NCBI RefSeq assembly: GCF_051860965.1
Contig: NZ_JBIMKU010000003.1
Span: 367,671-431,670 of the forward strand
Direction: 5' to 3'
DNA from: Microbacterium sp.
GTDB taxonomy: Bacteria > Actinomycetota > Actinomycetes > Actinomycetales > Microbacteriaceae
DNA length: 64,000 nt
Of the stretch, positions 49,151 through 59,105 are shown piece by piece. Both the position numbers and the translations under genes were made by a program. Position 1 is the first letter of the stretch. Each line of letters begins with the position of its first letter. The notes beneath the pieces are model-generated. The model was not told the DNA's origin and searched no databases. It worked only from the letters and a program-made list of their open reading frames with translations.

Positions 49151-50376
49151 GCCTCGACCTGCTCTCCTCCGCCCCGGCATCGCAGCCGTGGCAGGATCCT
49201 GCCTCGTACTGGGGCGGGATGACGGATGCGATCGCCTCCGTCTCCGGTCCCGTCGGCGTCATCAACCTCGCGGCCCTGCGACACAACGCCCTCGACATGC
49301 TCGTGCGGTCGGGCGGTGTCCCGATCCGCGTCGCGAGCAAGTCCGTGCGGGTGCGCGAGGTGATCGACGCGACGCTCGCGCTGCCGGGCTACGCCGGCAT
49401 CCTCGCGTTCACGCTCCCCGAGGCCCTGTGGCTGGCCGAGACGCACGACGATGTCGTGCTGGGGTATCCGACCGCCGACCGCGCGGCCATCGCCGTGCTC
49501 GCCGCCGACGAGGCGCTCGCGTCGCGCGTGACGCTCATGGTCGACGACCTGGCACAGCTCGATCTGGTCGATGCCGTCGCGGCACCCGGCTCCCGCGCCG
49601 AGATCCGCGTCGCGATCGACGCCGACGCCTCGTGGCGGGCCCCGGGCCTCGGCCACATCGGCGTGCACCGCTCGCCCGTGCACGAGCCGGGGGAGGTCGC
49701 GAGTCTCGCCCGAGCGATCGCGGAGCGCCCCGGGTTCCGGCTCACGGGTCTCATGATGTACGAGGCCCAGATCGCCGGGCAGGGCGATGCCACGGGTTCG
49801 GCGGATGCCGTCATCCGGTGGATGCAGCGTCGCTCGGGCCACGAGCTTCTCGAGCGACGCACGGCGATCGTCGCGGCGCTGCGCGACATCGCGCCCCTCG
49901 AGTTCGTCAACGGCGGCGGAACCGGGTCGCTCGAGTACACGGCATCCGACCTGTCGGTCACCGAGCTCACGGCGGGCAGCGGTCTGCTCGCGGGGCACCT
50001 CTTCGACGGCTATCGCGTCTTCGACCTCGCACCGGCTGCGGCGTTCGCGCTCGACGTCGTGCGCAAGCCGCAGCACGACATCGCGACGGTCCTGGGCGGC
50101 GGATGGATCGCCTCGGGCCCGCCCGTCGCATCCCGCCAGCCTCTGCCGTCGTGGCCCGCGGGTCTCAAGACCAACGGCCGCGAGGGGGCGGGCGAGGTGC
50201 AGACGCCGCTGCAGGGGGAGTCGGCGCGGAGCCTCGGCGTCGGCGACCGCGTGTGGTTCCGTCATTCGAAGTCGGGAGAGCTCGCAGAGCGCATCGACCG
50301 GTATCTGCTGATCGACGGTGACCGCATCGTCGCAGAGCTGCCCACCTACCGTGGCGAAGGGAAGGCCTTCCTATGA
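49147..50376 (+). CDS. PLP-dependent alanine-racemase-fold protein (DSD1 / D-serine dehydratase-like)
   Basis: RVASKSVR PLP lysine, MMYEAQIAG, VNGGGTGS, ELTAGSG, GAGEVQTP. Confidence 0.85.
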   Translation: MSLDLLSSAPASQPWQDPASYWGGMTDAIASVSGPVGVINLAALRHNALDMLVRSGGVPIRVASKSVRVREVIDATLALPGYAGILAFTLPEALWLAETHDDVVLGYPTADRAAIAVLAADEALASRVTLMVDDLAQLDLVDAVAAPGSRAEIRVAIDADASWRAPGLGHIGVHRSPVHEPGEVASLARAIAERPGFRLTGLMMYEAQIAGQGDATGSADAVIRWMQRRSGHELLERRTAIVAALRDIAPLEFVNGGGTGSLEYTASDLSVTELTAGSGLLAGHLFDGYRVFDLAPAAAFALDVVRKPQHDIATVLGGGWIASGPPVASRQPLPSWPAGLKTNGREGAGEVQTPLQGESARSLGVGDRVWFRHSKSGELAERIDRYLLIDGDRIVAELPTYRGEGKAFL

Positions 50377-51686
50377 CGCGTCCGGGCGGCGTGTGGCAGA
50401 ACTGGGGACGGTCGCAGCGCGTCCGCCCCCAGCTGGTGGAGTTCCCTCGGACGGTCGAGGCGGTCCGGCGCGCGGTGACGGCGGCGGCGAAGCGCGGAAT
50501 GCCGGTCAAGGCCGTGGGCGCGGGGCACAGCTTCACGGGCATCGCGGTGGCGCCGGGTCTGCTGCTGGATCTCACCGATCTGACGGGTGTCGTCGACGTC
50601 GATCGGGACCGCGGGCGGGTGACCCTACTCGCGGGCACGCGCCTGCACCAGGTGCCGGCACTGCTCGCCCCGTACGGCCTCGCGATGCAGAACCTCGGCG
50701 ACATCGACCGCCAGTCGATCTCCGGCGCGATCTCGACGGGCACCCACGGCACGGGGGCGCAGTTCGGGGGCATCTCGACGCAGGTCGTCGGCGCGCGGCT
50801 CGTGACGGCCTCGGGGGAGCTGATCGCCGTGAGCGAGGACGAGAACGCCGAGCTGCTGCCGGCCGTCGCACTGGGACTCGGCGCTCTCGGCATCCTCGTC
50901 GAGGTCACCCTGCAGTGCGTGCCGGCGTTCCTGCTGCACGCCGTCGAGAAGCCGGTGCCATTGAGCGAGCTGCTCCCGTCGCTCGATGGGTGGGCTGCGG
51001 CATCCGATCACTTCGAGTACTACTGGTTCCCGCACACCGAGGTCGGGCTCACGAAGGTCGACACCCGGCTTCCCGAGAGCGCCGTGCGGCACCCGCTCCC
51101 GAAGGTCGGCAAGTGGATCGACGAGACCCTGCTCGCCAACGGCGTATACCGCGTCGCGTGCGGCGCGGGCACCGGCATCCCGGCCATCGTCCCTCGCTTC
51201 TCGCGGCTGGCGGTGAAGCTCACGGGCGATCGCGAGTACACCGACCGGTCGACGAAGGTGCTCACCCAGAGCCGCACCGTGCGTTTCCGCGAGATGGAGT
51301 ACGCCGTCCCCGCGGAGAATGTGCGGCCCGCCTTCGACGCGCTGCGCGCCCTCATCGACGCGCGCGGATGGAAGATCTCGTTCCCCGTCGAGGTGCGCTT
51401 CGCGGCCGCCGACGACCTGTGGCTGTCGACCGCCCACGGGCGGGCATCCGGCTACATCGCGGTGCACCGCTACTGGCGCGAAGACCCGACGGAGTACTTC
51501 GAGGCCGTCGAAGAGATCATGCTGTCGTACGGCGGGCGGCCGCACTGGGGCAAGATGCACACGCTGGATGCCGCGACCCTCCGCGAGCGGTATCCGCGCT
51601 TCGACGACTTCACGGCGCTGCGCGATCGACTCGATCCCGACCGGATGTTCCGCAACGACTACCTGGATCGCGTCCTCGGTGAGTAG
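50373..51686 (+). CDS. FAD-linked sugar-lactone oxidase (D-arabinono-/L-gulono-1,4-lactone oxidase family)
   Basis: WQNWG, GAGHSF covalent-FAD His, STGTHG, FREMEY, GRPHWGK; ATGA overlap. Confidence 0.9.
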   Translation: MTRPGGVWQNWGRSQRVRPQLVEFPRTVEAVRRAVTAAAKRGMPVKAVGAGHSFTGIAVAPGLLLDLTDLTGVVDVDRDRGRVTLLAGTRLHQVPALLAPYGLAMQNLGDIDRQSISGAISTGTHGTGAQFGGISTQVVGARLVTASGELIAVSEDENAELLPAVALGLGALGILVEVTLQCVPAFLLHAVEKPVPLSELLPSLDGWAAASDHFEYYWFPHTEVGLTKVDTRLPESAVRHPLPKVGKWIDETLLANGVYRVACGAGTGIPAIVPRFSRLAVKLTGDREYTDRSTKVLTQSRTVRFREMEYAVPAENVRPAFDALRALIDARGWKISFPVEVRFAAADDLWLSTAHGRASGYIAVHRYWREDPTEYFEAVEEIMLSYGGRPHWGKMHTLDAATLRERYPRFDDFTALRDRLDPDRMFRNDYLDRVLGE

Positions 51687-51772
51687 GGGCTGAGAGTAAT
51701 CCTCTTATCTCACGCGCGGCGTATCGCGGTAAGTAGGATGAGGGCACAACCCCTCGAACGGAGTCCTTCGCT

Positions 51773-52342
51773 ATGTGGGAATGGCTGATCCCGGTCCTGA
51801 TCGTCGTCGCGATCATCATCATCGGCGGCATCTACCTGTGGGCGACGTACAACTCCCTCGTCGCGCTCAATGTGCGCGTCGACGAGGCGTGGAGCGACAT
51901 CACGGTGCAGCTCAAGCGGCGCGCCGACCTTCTGCCGAACCTCATAGAGGCGGTCAAGGGCTACGCGGCGCACGAGAAGGCGGTCTTCGAGAACGTCACA
52001 CGCGCGCGAGCCGAAACGCTGACGGCCGGCGGCCCGGCCGAGGCGGGTGTCGCAGAAGGCCACATGCAGCAGGCGCTCAAGTCGCTGTTCGCCGTCGCCG
52101 AGGCGTATCCGCAGCTGCAGGCGAGCCAGAACTTCCTGCAGCTGCAGCAATCGATCGTCGACACCGAGGACAAGATCCAGGCGTCCCGCCGGTTCTACAA
52201 CGGCGGTGTGCGCGAGCTGAACACCAAGATCAAGGTGTTCCCGAACAACCTGTTCGCGCGCAACCTCGGCTTCCACGAGCGCGAGTTCTTCGAGGTCGTC
52301 GACGGCGCGGCGATCAGCGAGCCGCCGCGCGTGCAGTTCTGA
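51773..52342 (+). CDS. lemA: LemA family protein
   Basis: N-terminal TM, YNSLV, QLKRRADLLPNL, EAYPQL, RRFYN, FPNNL. Confidence 0.95.
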   Translation: MWEWLIPVLIVVAIIIIGGIYLWATYNSLVALNVRVDEAWSDITVQLKRRADLLPNLIEAVKGYAAHEKAVFENVTRARAETLTAGGPAEAGVAEGHMQQALKSLFAVAEAYPQLQASQNFLQLQQSIVDTEDKIQASRRFYNGGVRELNTKIKVFPNNLFARNLGFHEREFFEVVDGAAISEPPRVQF

Positions 52343-52361
52343 TACGTCGCATGCCCTGACG

Positions 52362-53240
52362 GTGTACACGGCGATCGCGCGCAACAAGCGCAACACGTGG
52401 TTCATCCTGATCGGCTTCGTCGTCCTCCTCGGCGCGATCGGTCTGCTCGCGGGCTGGCTCGCCGGCAACAACTGGTGGGTGACGGCGTTCATCCTCGTCT
52501 TCGCCGCGGGCTATGCGACGTTCCAGTACTTCTTCGCCGACCGCGAGGCGATCGCGATGAGCGGTGCCGTGCCGGTGACGCAGACGGACGCTCCGCGCTT
52601 CTACCGCCTGGTGGAGAACCTCTGCATCACGACGGGCACGCCGATGCCGAGGCTCTACGTCGTCGAAGACCCGGCGCCGAACGCGTTCGCGACGGGGCGG
52701 ACGCCGGAAGAGGCATCCATCACCGTCACGACGGGACTCTTCGAGCTGATGACCGATCGCGAGCTCGAGGGAGTGCTCGGCCACGAGCTCGGTCATATCC
52801 GCAACTACGACATCCGCGTCTCGCTGATCGTGTTCGGGCTCGTCGTCGCCGTCGGGGTCCTCGCTGATCTCGTGCTGCGGTTCTCGTTCTTCGGCGGTCG
52901 GGGCGGTGGCAGGTCGAACGTCGTCTTCCTGCTCTTCGGGATCGTCGCGTCCCTGGTCGCCCCGCTCCTGGCCGGTGCCGTGCAGGCGGCGATCTCGCGC
53001 CAGCGCGAGTACCTCGCCGATGCGACGAGCGCGATGACCACGCGCGACCCCGAGGGCCTCGCCTCGGCGCTCCAGAAGCTCGGCGAGTACGGCCGACCGC
53101 TGCAGAAGGCCAACACCTCGATGGCGCATCTGTGGATCTCCGACCCCCTCAAGCCCGGGGCGATGGCGCGCCTCTTCTCGACGCACCCGCCCATCGCCGA
53201 TCGCATCGAGCGGCTCCGCGAGATCGGCGGCTCGTTCTGA
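52362..53240 (+). CDS. htpX: M48 zinc metalloprotease HtpX
   Basis: PNAFATGR, HELGH, SRQREYLADA, LFSTHPP; adjacent to lemA. Confidence 0.93.
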   Translation: MYTAIARNKRNTWFILIGFVVLLGAIGLLAGWLAGNNWWVTAFILVFAAGYATFQYFFADREAIAMSGAVPVTQTDAPRFYRLVENLCITTGTPMPRLYVVEDPAPNAFATGRTPEEASITVTTGLFELMTDRELEGVLGHELGHIRNYDIRVSLIVFGLVVAVGVLADLVLRFSFFGGRGGGRSNVVFLLFGIVASLVAPLLAGAVQAAISRQREYLADATSAMTTRDPEGLASALQKLGEYGRPLQKANTSMAHLWISDPLKPGAMARLFSTHPPIADRIERLREIGGSF

Positions 53241-53275
53241 ACCTCGGTGTCGGGACCGCGCGCTACCCTCGCTGA

Positions 53276-54373
53276 ATGGTCCACCAGCTCTCGCGCGAGC
53301 AGGCGCGGCGCATCGCCGTACGGGCGCAGCTGCTGACGGCCGACCGCCCGACGAGCATCGTCGAGACGGTCTACGGGCTCACCGTCGTCAACATCGAACC
53401 CACGGCTGCGATCATGCCGAGTGCCGACCACATCCTGTGGAGCCGGATCGGCTGGCCGTATCAGCCGGCCGATCTGAAGCAGGCGGTCGAGGTCGACCGC
53501 GACGTCTTCGAATGGGGCGGGTTCTACCGCCTGATGTCCGACCTGCCGTTGCTGCGGCACGAGATGGCGCAGCGCCCGGCCTACGCCGAAGCCCGTGAGT
53601 GGCTCGCCGCGAACGCCGTGTTCCGCGCCGATGTCATGGATCGCCTGCGCGCCGAGGGTCCCCTCCATGCGGCAGACGTGCCCGACACGGCGCAGGTCTC
53701 GTGGCGCTCGTCCGGGTGGACGAACAACCGCAACTCCTCGCAGATGCTCGAGATCCTCGTCACGACGGGCGATGTCGCCGTTTCCGGCCGCGATGCGAAG
53801 GGGCGATCGTTCGACCTCGCCGAGCGGGTCTATCCGAGCGATCTGCCCGACGTCTCGTTCGAAGCCGCCGCCCGCGAGCGCACGGAACGTCGCCTCGCCG
53901 CGTTCGGCATCGCGCGGGCGAAGGGCATCAAGCAGCCCTTCGAGCCGGTCGATGTCGGGACGGTCGGCGAAGCGGCCGTCGTCGACGGCGTCGAGGGGGA
54001 GTGGAGGGTGGATGCCGGGGCCCTCGCATCCATCGACTCCTTCGCACCGCGCACCGCGCTGATCTCGCCGTTCGACCGCCTCGTGTTCGATCGCGACCGC
54101 CTGCGCGACCTGTTCGGCTACGAGTACCTGCTCGAGATGTACAAGCCGGCCGCGAAACGGCGATGGGGGTACTTCGCGCTCCCGATCCTGCACGGCGACC
54201 GCTTCGTCGGCAAGCTCGATGCGAAGGCGGATCGCAAGGCCGGTGTGCTGCAGGTGCACGCGATCCACGAGGATCTGCCGTTCTCGGCCGAGGTCGCCGC
54301 CGACGTCGACGCCGAGATCCGAGAACTCGCCCGGTGGCTCGGTCTCGACGTGCGCGGCCTCGCGGGGGAGTGA
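53276..54373 (+). CDS. YcaQ/AlkZ-like winged-helix DNA glycosylase homolog with a variant NIE motif
   Basis: LISPFDRLVFDR, YLLEMYKPAAKRRWGYFALPILHGDRFVGKLD; leaderless TACCCT plus 6 nt. Confidence 0.85.
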   Translation: MVHQLSREQARRIAVRAQLLTADRPTSIVETVYGLTVVNIEPTAAIMPSADHILWSRIGWPYQPADLKQAVEVDRDVFEWGGFYRLMSDLPLLRHEMAQRPAYAEAREWLAANAVFRADVMDRLRAEGPLHAADVPDTAQVSWRSSGWTNNRNSSQMLEILVTTGDVAVSGRDAKGRSFDLAERVYPSDLPDVSFEAAARERTERRLAAFGIARAKGIKQPFEPVDVGTVGEAAVVDGVEGEWRVDAGALASIDSFAPRTALISPFDRLVFDRDRLRDLFGYEYLLEMYKPAAKRRWGYFALPILHGDRFVGKLDAKADRKAGVLQVHAIHEDLPFSAEVAADVDAEIRELARWLGLDVRGLAGE

Positions 54374-54376
54374 GGT

Positions 54377-55273
54377 TCAGCCGACCGCGAGCGTCATCGT
54401 GTCGCCGGTGATCTCGACCGTGCCGCGCAGCGCCCAGTCGTCGGCGCGGTAGGTGAAGGTCCCGGGCGATCCGTCGCGCGTCGTGCCGGTCGCGGTCGCG
54501 ACGAGGACGCCACCGGTCGCAGCGAACGTGCGCGCGTCGGGCGCGAGTGCGAGGACCGGCGCGGTGTCGACGCGGAACGAGACCGACGCCAGCGTCGCGA
54601 GGTCGGCCGCCCACGGCACCCGGATGCCGCAGTGCGCGGGCACGGTCGCCGCGCTCTGGGTGCAGGAGGCGATGTACGCGTCGAGCTGCTCCTGGATGCT
54701 CGCGGCGGCGTCGGGGGAGAGGGATGCGTCGACCGCGGCCGTCGCGGGAGCCGCGTTCGTCACGACGACGCTCGTCGACCCGTCCACGAGGCCCGCGGGC
54801 GCCGCTTCCACGGTGTAGACCGCTGGCAGAAGCGACACCGCGCCCGCGGGAACGAGCGCGCCACCCACCCGGACGGCGTCGCCGATCGTCGTCGTGACGT
54901 CGAGGGTCGCGAGGTAGTCGGCATCCACCCGCCACCCCTCGCCCGTCTCGGTGAGGGTGAAGCCGATCACGGCCGGCTCGCCGCCCAGCGTGCCCTCCGC
55001 GCGCACGGAGTCGTCGTCCTGCACCTCGAAGTCGTACTCCTGGAGGTAGGCGTCCGCGTCTTGGAACGACGCCGCGATGGCGTCGAAGCCGTCGGGCTCC
55101 TGCGCGAGCAGCCCGCGAACGCCCGCGGCGTCGCCGGTGGACAGCGCGTGCAGGTACGCCTCCGCCGTCTGCTCTGCCGTCGCAGGCCGGCTCAGCAGCC
55201 ACCAGGCCGCGCCACCGGCCACGACGAGCGCCAGGGCGCCGGCCGCGATCCCGATGACGGCGCCGCGCTTCAC
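54377..55273 (-). CDS. Hypothetical membrane-anchored extracytoplasmic protein
   Basis: N-terminal TM, beta-rich body, one Cys pair; host-like codon use; SD GGAGGAG. Confidence 0.7.
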   Translation of the reverse strand: MKRGAVIGIAAGALALVVAGGAAWWLLSRPATAEQTAEAYLHALSTGDAAGVRGLLAQEPDGFDAIAASFQDADAYLQEYDFEVQDDDSVRAEGTLGGEPAVIGFTLTETGEGWRVDADYLATLDVTTTIGDAVRVGGALVPAGAVSLLPAVYTVEAAPAGLVDGSTSVVVTNAAPATAAVDASLSPDAAASIQEQLDAYIASCTQSAATVPAHCGIRVPWAADLATLASVSFRVDTAPVLALAPDARTFAATGGVLVATATGTTRDGSPGTFTYRADDWALRGTVEITGDTMTLAVG

Positions 55274-55282
55274 TCCTCCACG

Positions 55283-56560
55283 CTAGCCCGCCGGCTCGTC
55301 GTCGGCGAGTGCGACGGGCTCGGCGGTGCCGGCCTCGTGGCGAGCGGCCTCGGGCAGCTCCGCCGCGAGATCGTCGACGGCATCGCCCCAGCGCGAGATC
55401 GAGATCCCGCCCAGCCCCTGCCAGGCCGCGGCCGTGCGCAGCTCGCCCGCCAGGCGGGACGCGGCATCCGTCGATCTGCCGTGCTCCCACCACGCCGACT
55501 GCACCAGCAGTCGCGAGGTTGCCCGATCGGCTTTCAGATCGACCCGCCCGACGATGTCGTCGCCGACGAGCACGGGCAGCGAGTAGTACCCGTATCGACG
55601 CTGCGCGGCCGGCGTGTAGATCTCGATGCGGTACTCGAAGTCGAAGAGGCGCACCGCGCGGTCGCGGAACCAGACGACGGGGTCGAAGGGGGTGAGGATC
55701 GCGGCGGCATCGAGACGCCGGGGCATCGCGGCCTCGGTGTGGAGCCAGGCCTTGGCGGGGCGCCCGGCGCTCAGCCACCTCTGCACGGCGACGGCTTCGA
55801 TCTCGCCGGCGTCGACGAGCTCGGCGATGGCAGTCATGATCGCGCGGCGGTCCTTGATGCGCCAGTAGTCAGCGATGTCGGACGCCGTCGCGACGCCGTG
55901 GGCGCGTGCGGCTCGGCGCACGAGCTCGCGGATCGCATCGGCGCGTGGAACGGGCGCTGCGAGGACGGATGCCGGGATCACGTGCTCGGCGAGGGCGTAG
56001 ACCCGCTCGAACCCGCGCCGGCCGGCGATCGCGACCTCGCCGAACAGCCACAGATGCTCGAGGGCGTTCTTGACGGCATCCCAGTTCCACCACTCGCCGC
56101 CGGTGCCGCGGGGGATGTCGTACTCGATCTCCGCAGGCCGCAGCGGCCCGCGCTCGGAGAGCTCGGTGCGCACCCAGTCCACCACGGCGCGGTGGGCGTC
56201 GTACCACTCGGGCGTGCCGTGCTTCGCTCGCAGGTCGTCCATCCGGAATCGGAAGAGCCCCCAGTCCTCGGCCGGGATGAAGGCGGCGACGTGCGCCCAG
56301 TACTCGACGTAGGGCGCCCGGCGCGCGAACAGCAGCCGGTCGAGCAGCGAGGTGTCGTAGGCGCCCAGCCGCGAGAACAGCGGCATGTAGTGGGAGCGTG
56401 CGAAGACGTTGACGGAATCGATCTGCAGAGTGCTCATCCGCGCGAGCGCCGCGGTGAGCTGGCGGGTGCCGGCCTTCTCGGGCCGGGTGCGCGCGAAACC
56501 CTGCGCCGCGAGCGCGATGCGCCGAGCCTGCGCGTTCGTGAGCGTGGAGGGCCGTGGCAT
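55283..56560 (-). CDS. YcaQ-like interstrand-crosslink DNA glycosylase
   Basis: LQIDSVNVFARSHY (QxD motif), EYWAH, LTPFDPVVWFR, YRIEIYTP..RRYGYY; leaderless TAGGCT plus 7 nt. Confidence 0.9.
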   Translation of the reverse strand: MPRPSTLTNAQARRIALAAQGFARTRPEKAGTRQLTAALARMSTLQIDSVNVFARSHYMPLFSRLGAYDTSLLDRLLFARRAPYVEYWAHVAAFIPAEDWGLFRFRMDDLRAKHGTPEWYDAHRAVVDWVRTELSERGPLRPAEIEYDIPRGTGGEWWNWDAVKNALEHLWLFGEVAIAGRRGFERVYALAEHVIPASVLAAPVPRADAIRELVRRAARAHGVATASDIADYWRIKDRRAIMTAIAELVDAGEIEAVAVQRWLSAGRPAKAWLHTEAAMPRRLDAAAILTPFDPVVWFRDRAVRLFDFEYRIEIYTPAAQRRYGYYSLPVLVGDDIVGRVDLKADRATSRLLVQSAWWEHGRSTDAASRLAGELRTAAAWQGLGGISISRWGDAVDDLAAELPEAARHEAGTAEPVALADDEPAG

Positions 56561-56664
56561 GCGCGTCAGCCTAGTCACGCGCGCCGACACCCCGACCGGC
56601 CGCTCGACGGGCGCGGGCGCGACCATATGACCGCCCCGGAATGCGGCGACTCTAGACTGGCGTG

Positions 56665-57858
56665 ATGAGCGGCTCCGACGAAAAGCCCCGCGGTTCGCTG
56701 TTCGACGCGCTCCGCGATCGCAGCCGCGTCGTGTCGTCCGATCTCGCCGGTTCGATTCCCCGCGGGCTCCGCGTCGCCGCCGCATACTCCTGGCGCCTCA
56801 TCGCGATCGCCATCGCCGCCGGGATCATCGTCTGGCTCGTCATCCAGCTCAAGCTCATCGTCATCCCGCTGCTGCTCGGCGTGCTGATCACGGCGCTCCT
56901 GTGGCCCGCCTTCAGCTGGCTCCTGCGCCACCGCGTGCCGAAGTGGATCGCGATCGTGATCGCCATCATCGGCACCCTCGCGATCGTCGGGGGACTGCTG
57001 TGGCTCGTCGTCTGGCAGGTCACGCGTCAGTGGAGTTCGGTGCAGGCGCGCACGGTCGAGGCGGTGGAGCAGTTCCGGCAGTACCTCATCGACGGCCCTC
57101 TGCACCTGACCTCGGGTCAGATCGACGACCTCCTCGCGCAGGCCTGGACGCTCATCCAGCAGCAGGCCGAGCTGCTCTGGTCCGGTGCCCTCGCGCTCGG
57201 ATCCACCCTCGGCCATGTCGCGACCGGCGCCGTGCTGACGCTGTTCATCCTGCTCTGCCTGCTCGCCGACGGCGGCGGCATCTGGAAGTGGACGACGCGC
57301 ATCTTCCCCAAGAGGGCGCGCCCCGCCGTGGACGGTGCGGGCCGGGCAGGCTGGGTGACCGTCGTCAACTACGCCCGCACGCAGCTGCTCGTCGCGACGA
57401 TCGACGCGATCGGCATCGGTCTGGGCGCGTTCTTCCTCGGGGTGCCGCTCGCGATCCCCGTCGCGGTCCTCGTGTTCCTCGGGGCGTTCGTCCCGATCGT
57501 CGGTGCCGTCGTCACGGGTGCCGTCGCGGTGTTCCTCGCGCTCGTCTACAACGGCCCGTGGATCGCGCTGTGGATGCTCGTGGTCGTGCTGGGGGTCCAG
57601 CAGCTCGAGGGGCACGTGCTCCAGCCGATCCTCATGGGCTCCGCCGTCAAGGTGCACCCCCTCGCCGTGGTGCTCGTCGTCGCCGGCGGCGCGATGATCG
57701 CCGGCATCCCGGGAGCACTCTTCGCCGTGCCGCTGGCCGCGTTCGTCAATGTCGTCGCGGTCTATCTGAGCGAACGCGGCTGGGAGTCGGGCGCGCCACC
57801 GCCCCGCGGCGATCTCATCTGGACCACCGTGCCGCGTCAGAGAAGGACCCCCGCGTGA
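56665..57858 (+). CDS. AI-2E (PerM) family transporter
   Basis: Multiple TM helices, FVPIVGA, QQLEGHVLQP, HPLAV; TAGACT plus 6 nt ATG. Confidence 0.92.
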   Translation: MSGSDEKPRGSLFDALRDRSRVVSSDLAGSIPRGLRVAAAYSWRLIAIAIAAGIIVWLVIQLKLIVIPLLLGVLITALLWPAFSWLLRHRVPKWIAIVIAIIGTLAIVGGLLWLVVWQVTRQWSSVQARTVEAVEQFRQYLIDGPLHLTSGQIDDLLAQAWTLIQQQAELLWSGALALGSTLGHVATGAVLTLFILLCLLADGGGIWKWTTRIFPKRARPAVDGAGRAGWVTVVNYARTQLLVATIDAIGIGLGAFFLGVPLAIPVAVLVFLGAFVPIVGAVVTGAVAVFLALVYNGPWIALWMLVVVLGVQQLEGHVLQPILMGSAVKVHPLAVVLVVAGGAMIAGIPGALFAVPLAAFVNVVAVYLSERGWESGAPPPRGDLIWTTVPRQRRTPA

Positions 57859-59105
57859 CCCCGCAGACCCGCAGTCCCAGCGCCGCCCCGTCCCTCGCCG
57901 CGATCGAGGATGCCGCCGCCACCCTGCGCGGCGTGATCTCGCGCACCCCCGTCGATCAGTCGCAGCACCTCTCGGATCTGCTCGGCGTCCCCGTCCACCT
58001 CAAGCTCGAGAATCTGCAGCGCACGGGTTCCTTCAAGATCCGCGGAGCGACGTACCGTCTCTCGCGACTCACGGCCGAAGAGCGCGCCCGAGGCGTCGTG
58101 GCGGCATCCGCCGGCAACCACGCGCAGGGCGTCTCGCTCGCGGCCCAGGAGCTCGGCATCCCGGCGACGATCTTCATGCCTCTCGGCGTGCCCGTCCCCA
58201 AGCTCCTCGCGACGCGCGGCTACGGCGCCGACGTCGTGCTCGAAGGGGCGACGGTCGAGACCCCGCTGCGCCTGGCCGCCGAGTTCGCCGAGCGCACGGG
58301 GGCGGTGCTCATCCACCCCTTCGATCACGCCGACATCATCGCCGGACAGGGCACGCTCGGCCTCGAGCTGTACGACCAGGTGCCCGACCTCGAGACCGTC
58401 GTGCTGGGCATCGGCGGCGGCGGGCTCATCGCCGGCGTCGCCGCGGCGCTCAAGGCGCGCGCAGCGGCGGACGGGCGCAGCATCCGGATCATCGGCGTCC
58501 AGGCCGAGAACTCGGCCGCGTACCCGTCGTCCCTGGCAGCGGGGCACCCGCTCGACGTCGCGACCAAGCCGACCATCGCCGACGGCATCGCGGTCGCGCG
58601 GCCGGGCAACCTGCCGTTCGAGATCATCCGCGAACTCGTCGACGAGGTCGTCACGGTGTCCGACGACGACATCGCCCGCGCTCTGCTGATGCTCCTCGAG
58701 CGGGCCAAGCAGGTCGTGGAGCCCGCGGGTGCCGTCGGCGTCGCCGCGATCCTCGCCGGGAAGGTGGATGCCTCCGGCCCCACGGTCAGCGTGCTGTCGG
58801 GTGGCAACATCGACCCGCTGCTGCTGCAGCGCGTCGTCGCGCACGGACTCTCGGCATCCGGACGCTACATGTCGCTGCAGATCCCGCTGCCCGACCGTCC
58901 CGGCCAGCTCGCCCGCGTGTCCGAGCTGCTCGCTCAGGCGGGCGCGAACGTCATCGAGGTGCTGCACACGCGGCACGGGCAGGGCCTGCAGATCAGCGAG
59001 GTGATCCTGCAGCTCAGCGTCGAGACGCGCGGCGAAGAGCACCGTGCGCACGTCATCGCGACGCTCGAGGCCGCCGGCTACGCGCCGACGGTCATGCCGG
59101 ACTGA
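57855..59105 (+). CDS. ilvA: Threonine ammonia-lyase with a single ACT domain
   Basis: KLENLQRTGSFKIRGA, SAGNHAQG, IGGGGL, EPAGA, SGGNID, LPDRPGQL. Confidence 0.93.
   Translation: MTPQTRSPSAAPSLAAIEDAAATLRGVISRTPVDQSQHLSDLLGVPVHLKLENLQRTGSFKIRGATYRLSRLTAEERARGVVAASAGNHAQGVSLAAQELGIPATIFMPLGVPVPKLLATRGYGADVVLEGATVETPLRLAAEFAERTGAVLIHPFDHADIIAGQGTLGLELYDQVPDLETVVLGIGGGGLIAGVAAALKARAAADGRSIRIIGVQAENSAAYPSSLAAGHPLDVATKPTIADGIAVARPGNLPFEIIRELVDEVVTVSDDDIARALLMLLERAKQVVEPAGAVGVAAILAGKVDASGPTVSVLSGGNIDPLLLQRVVAHGLSASGRYMSLQIPLPDRPGQLARVSELLAQAGANVIEVLHTRHGQGLQISEVILQLSVETRGEEHRAHVIATLEAAGYAPTVMPD

Noticed and set aside
51695-51740. Imperfect inverted repeat upstream of lemA-htpX as an HspR (HAIR) or CIRCE operator
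   Set aside because: Does not match CTTGAGT-N7-ACTCAAG or TTAGCACTC-N9-GAGTGCTAA; the weak symmetry may simply reflect terminator and promoter sequence.
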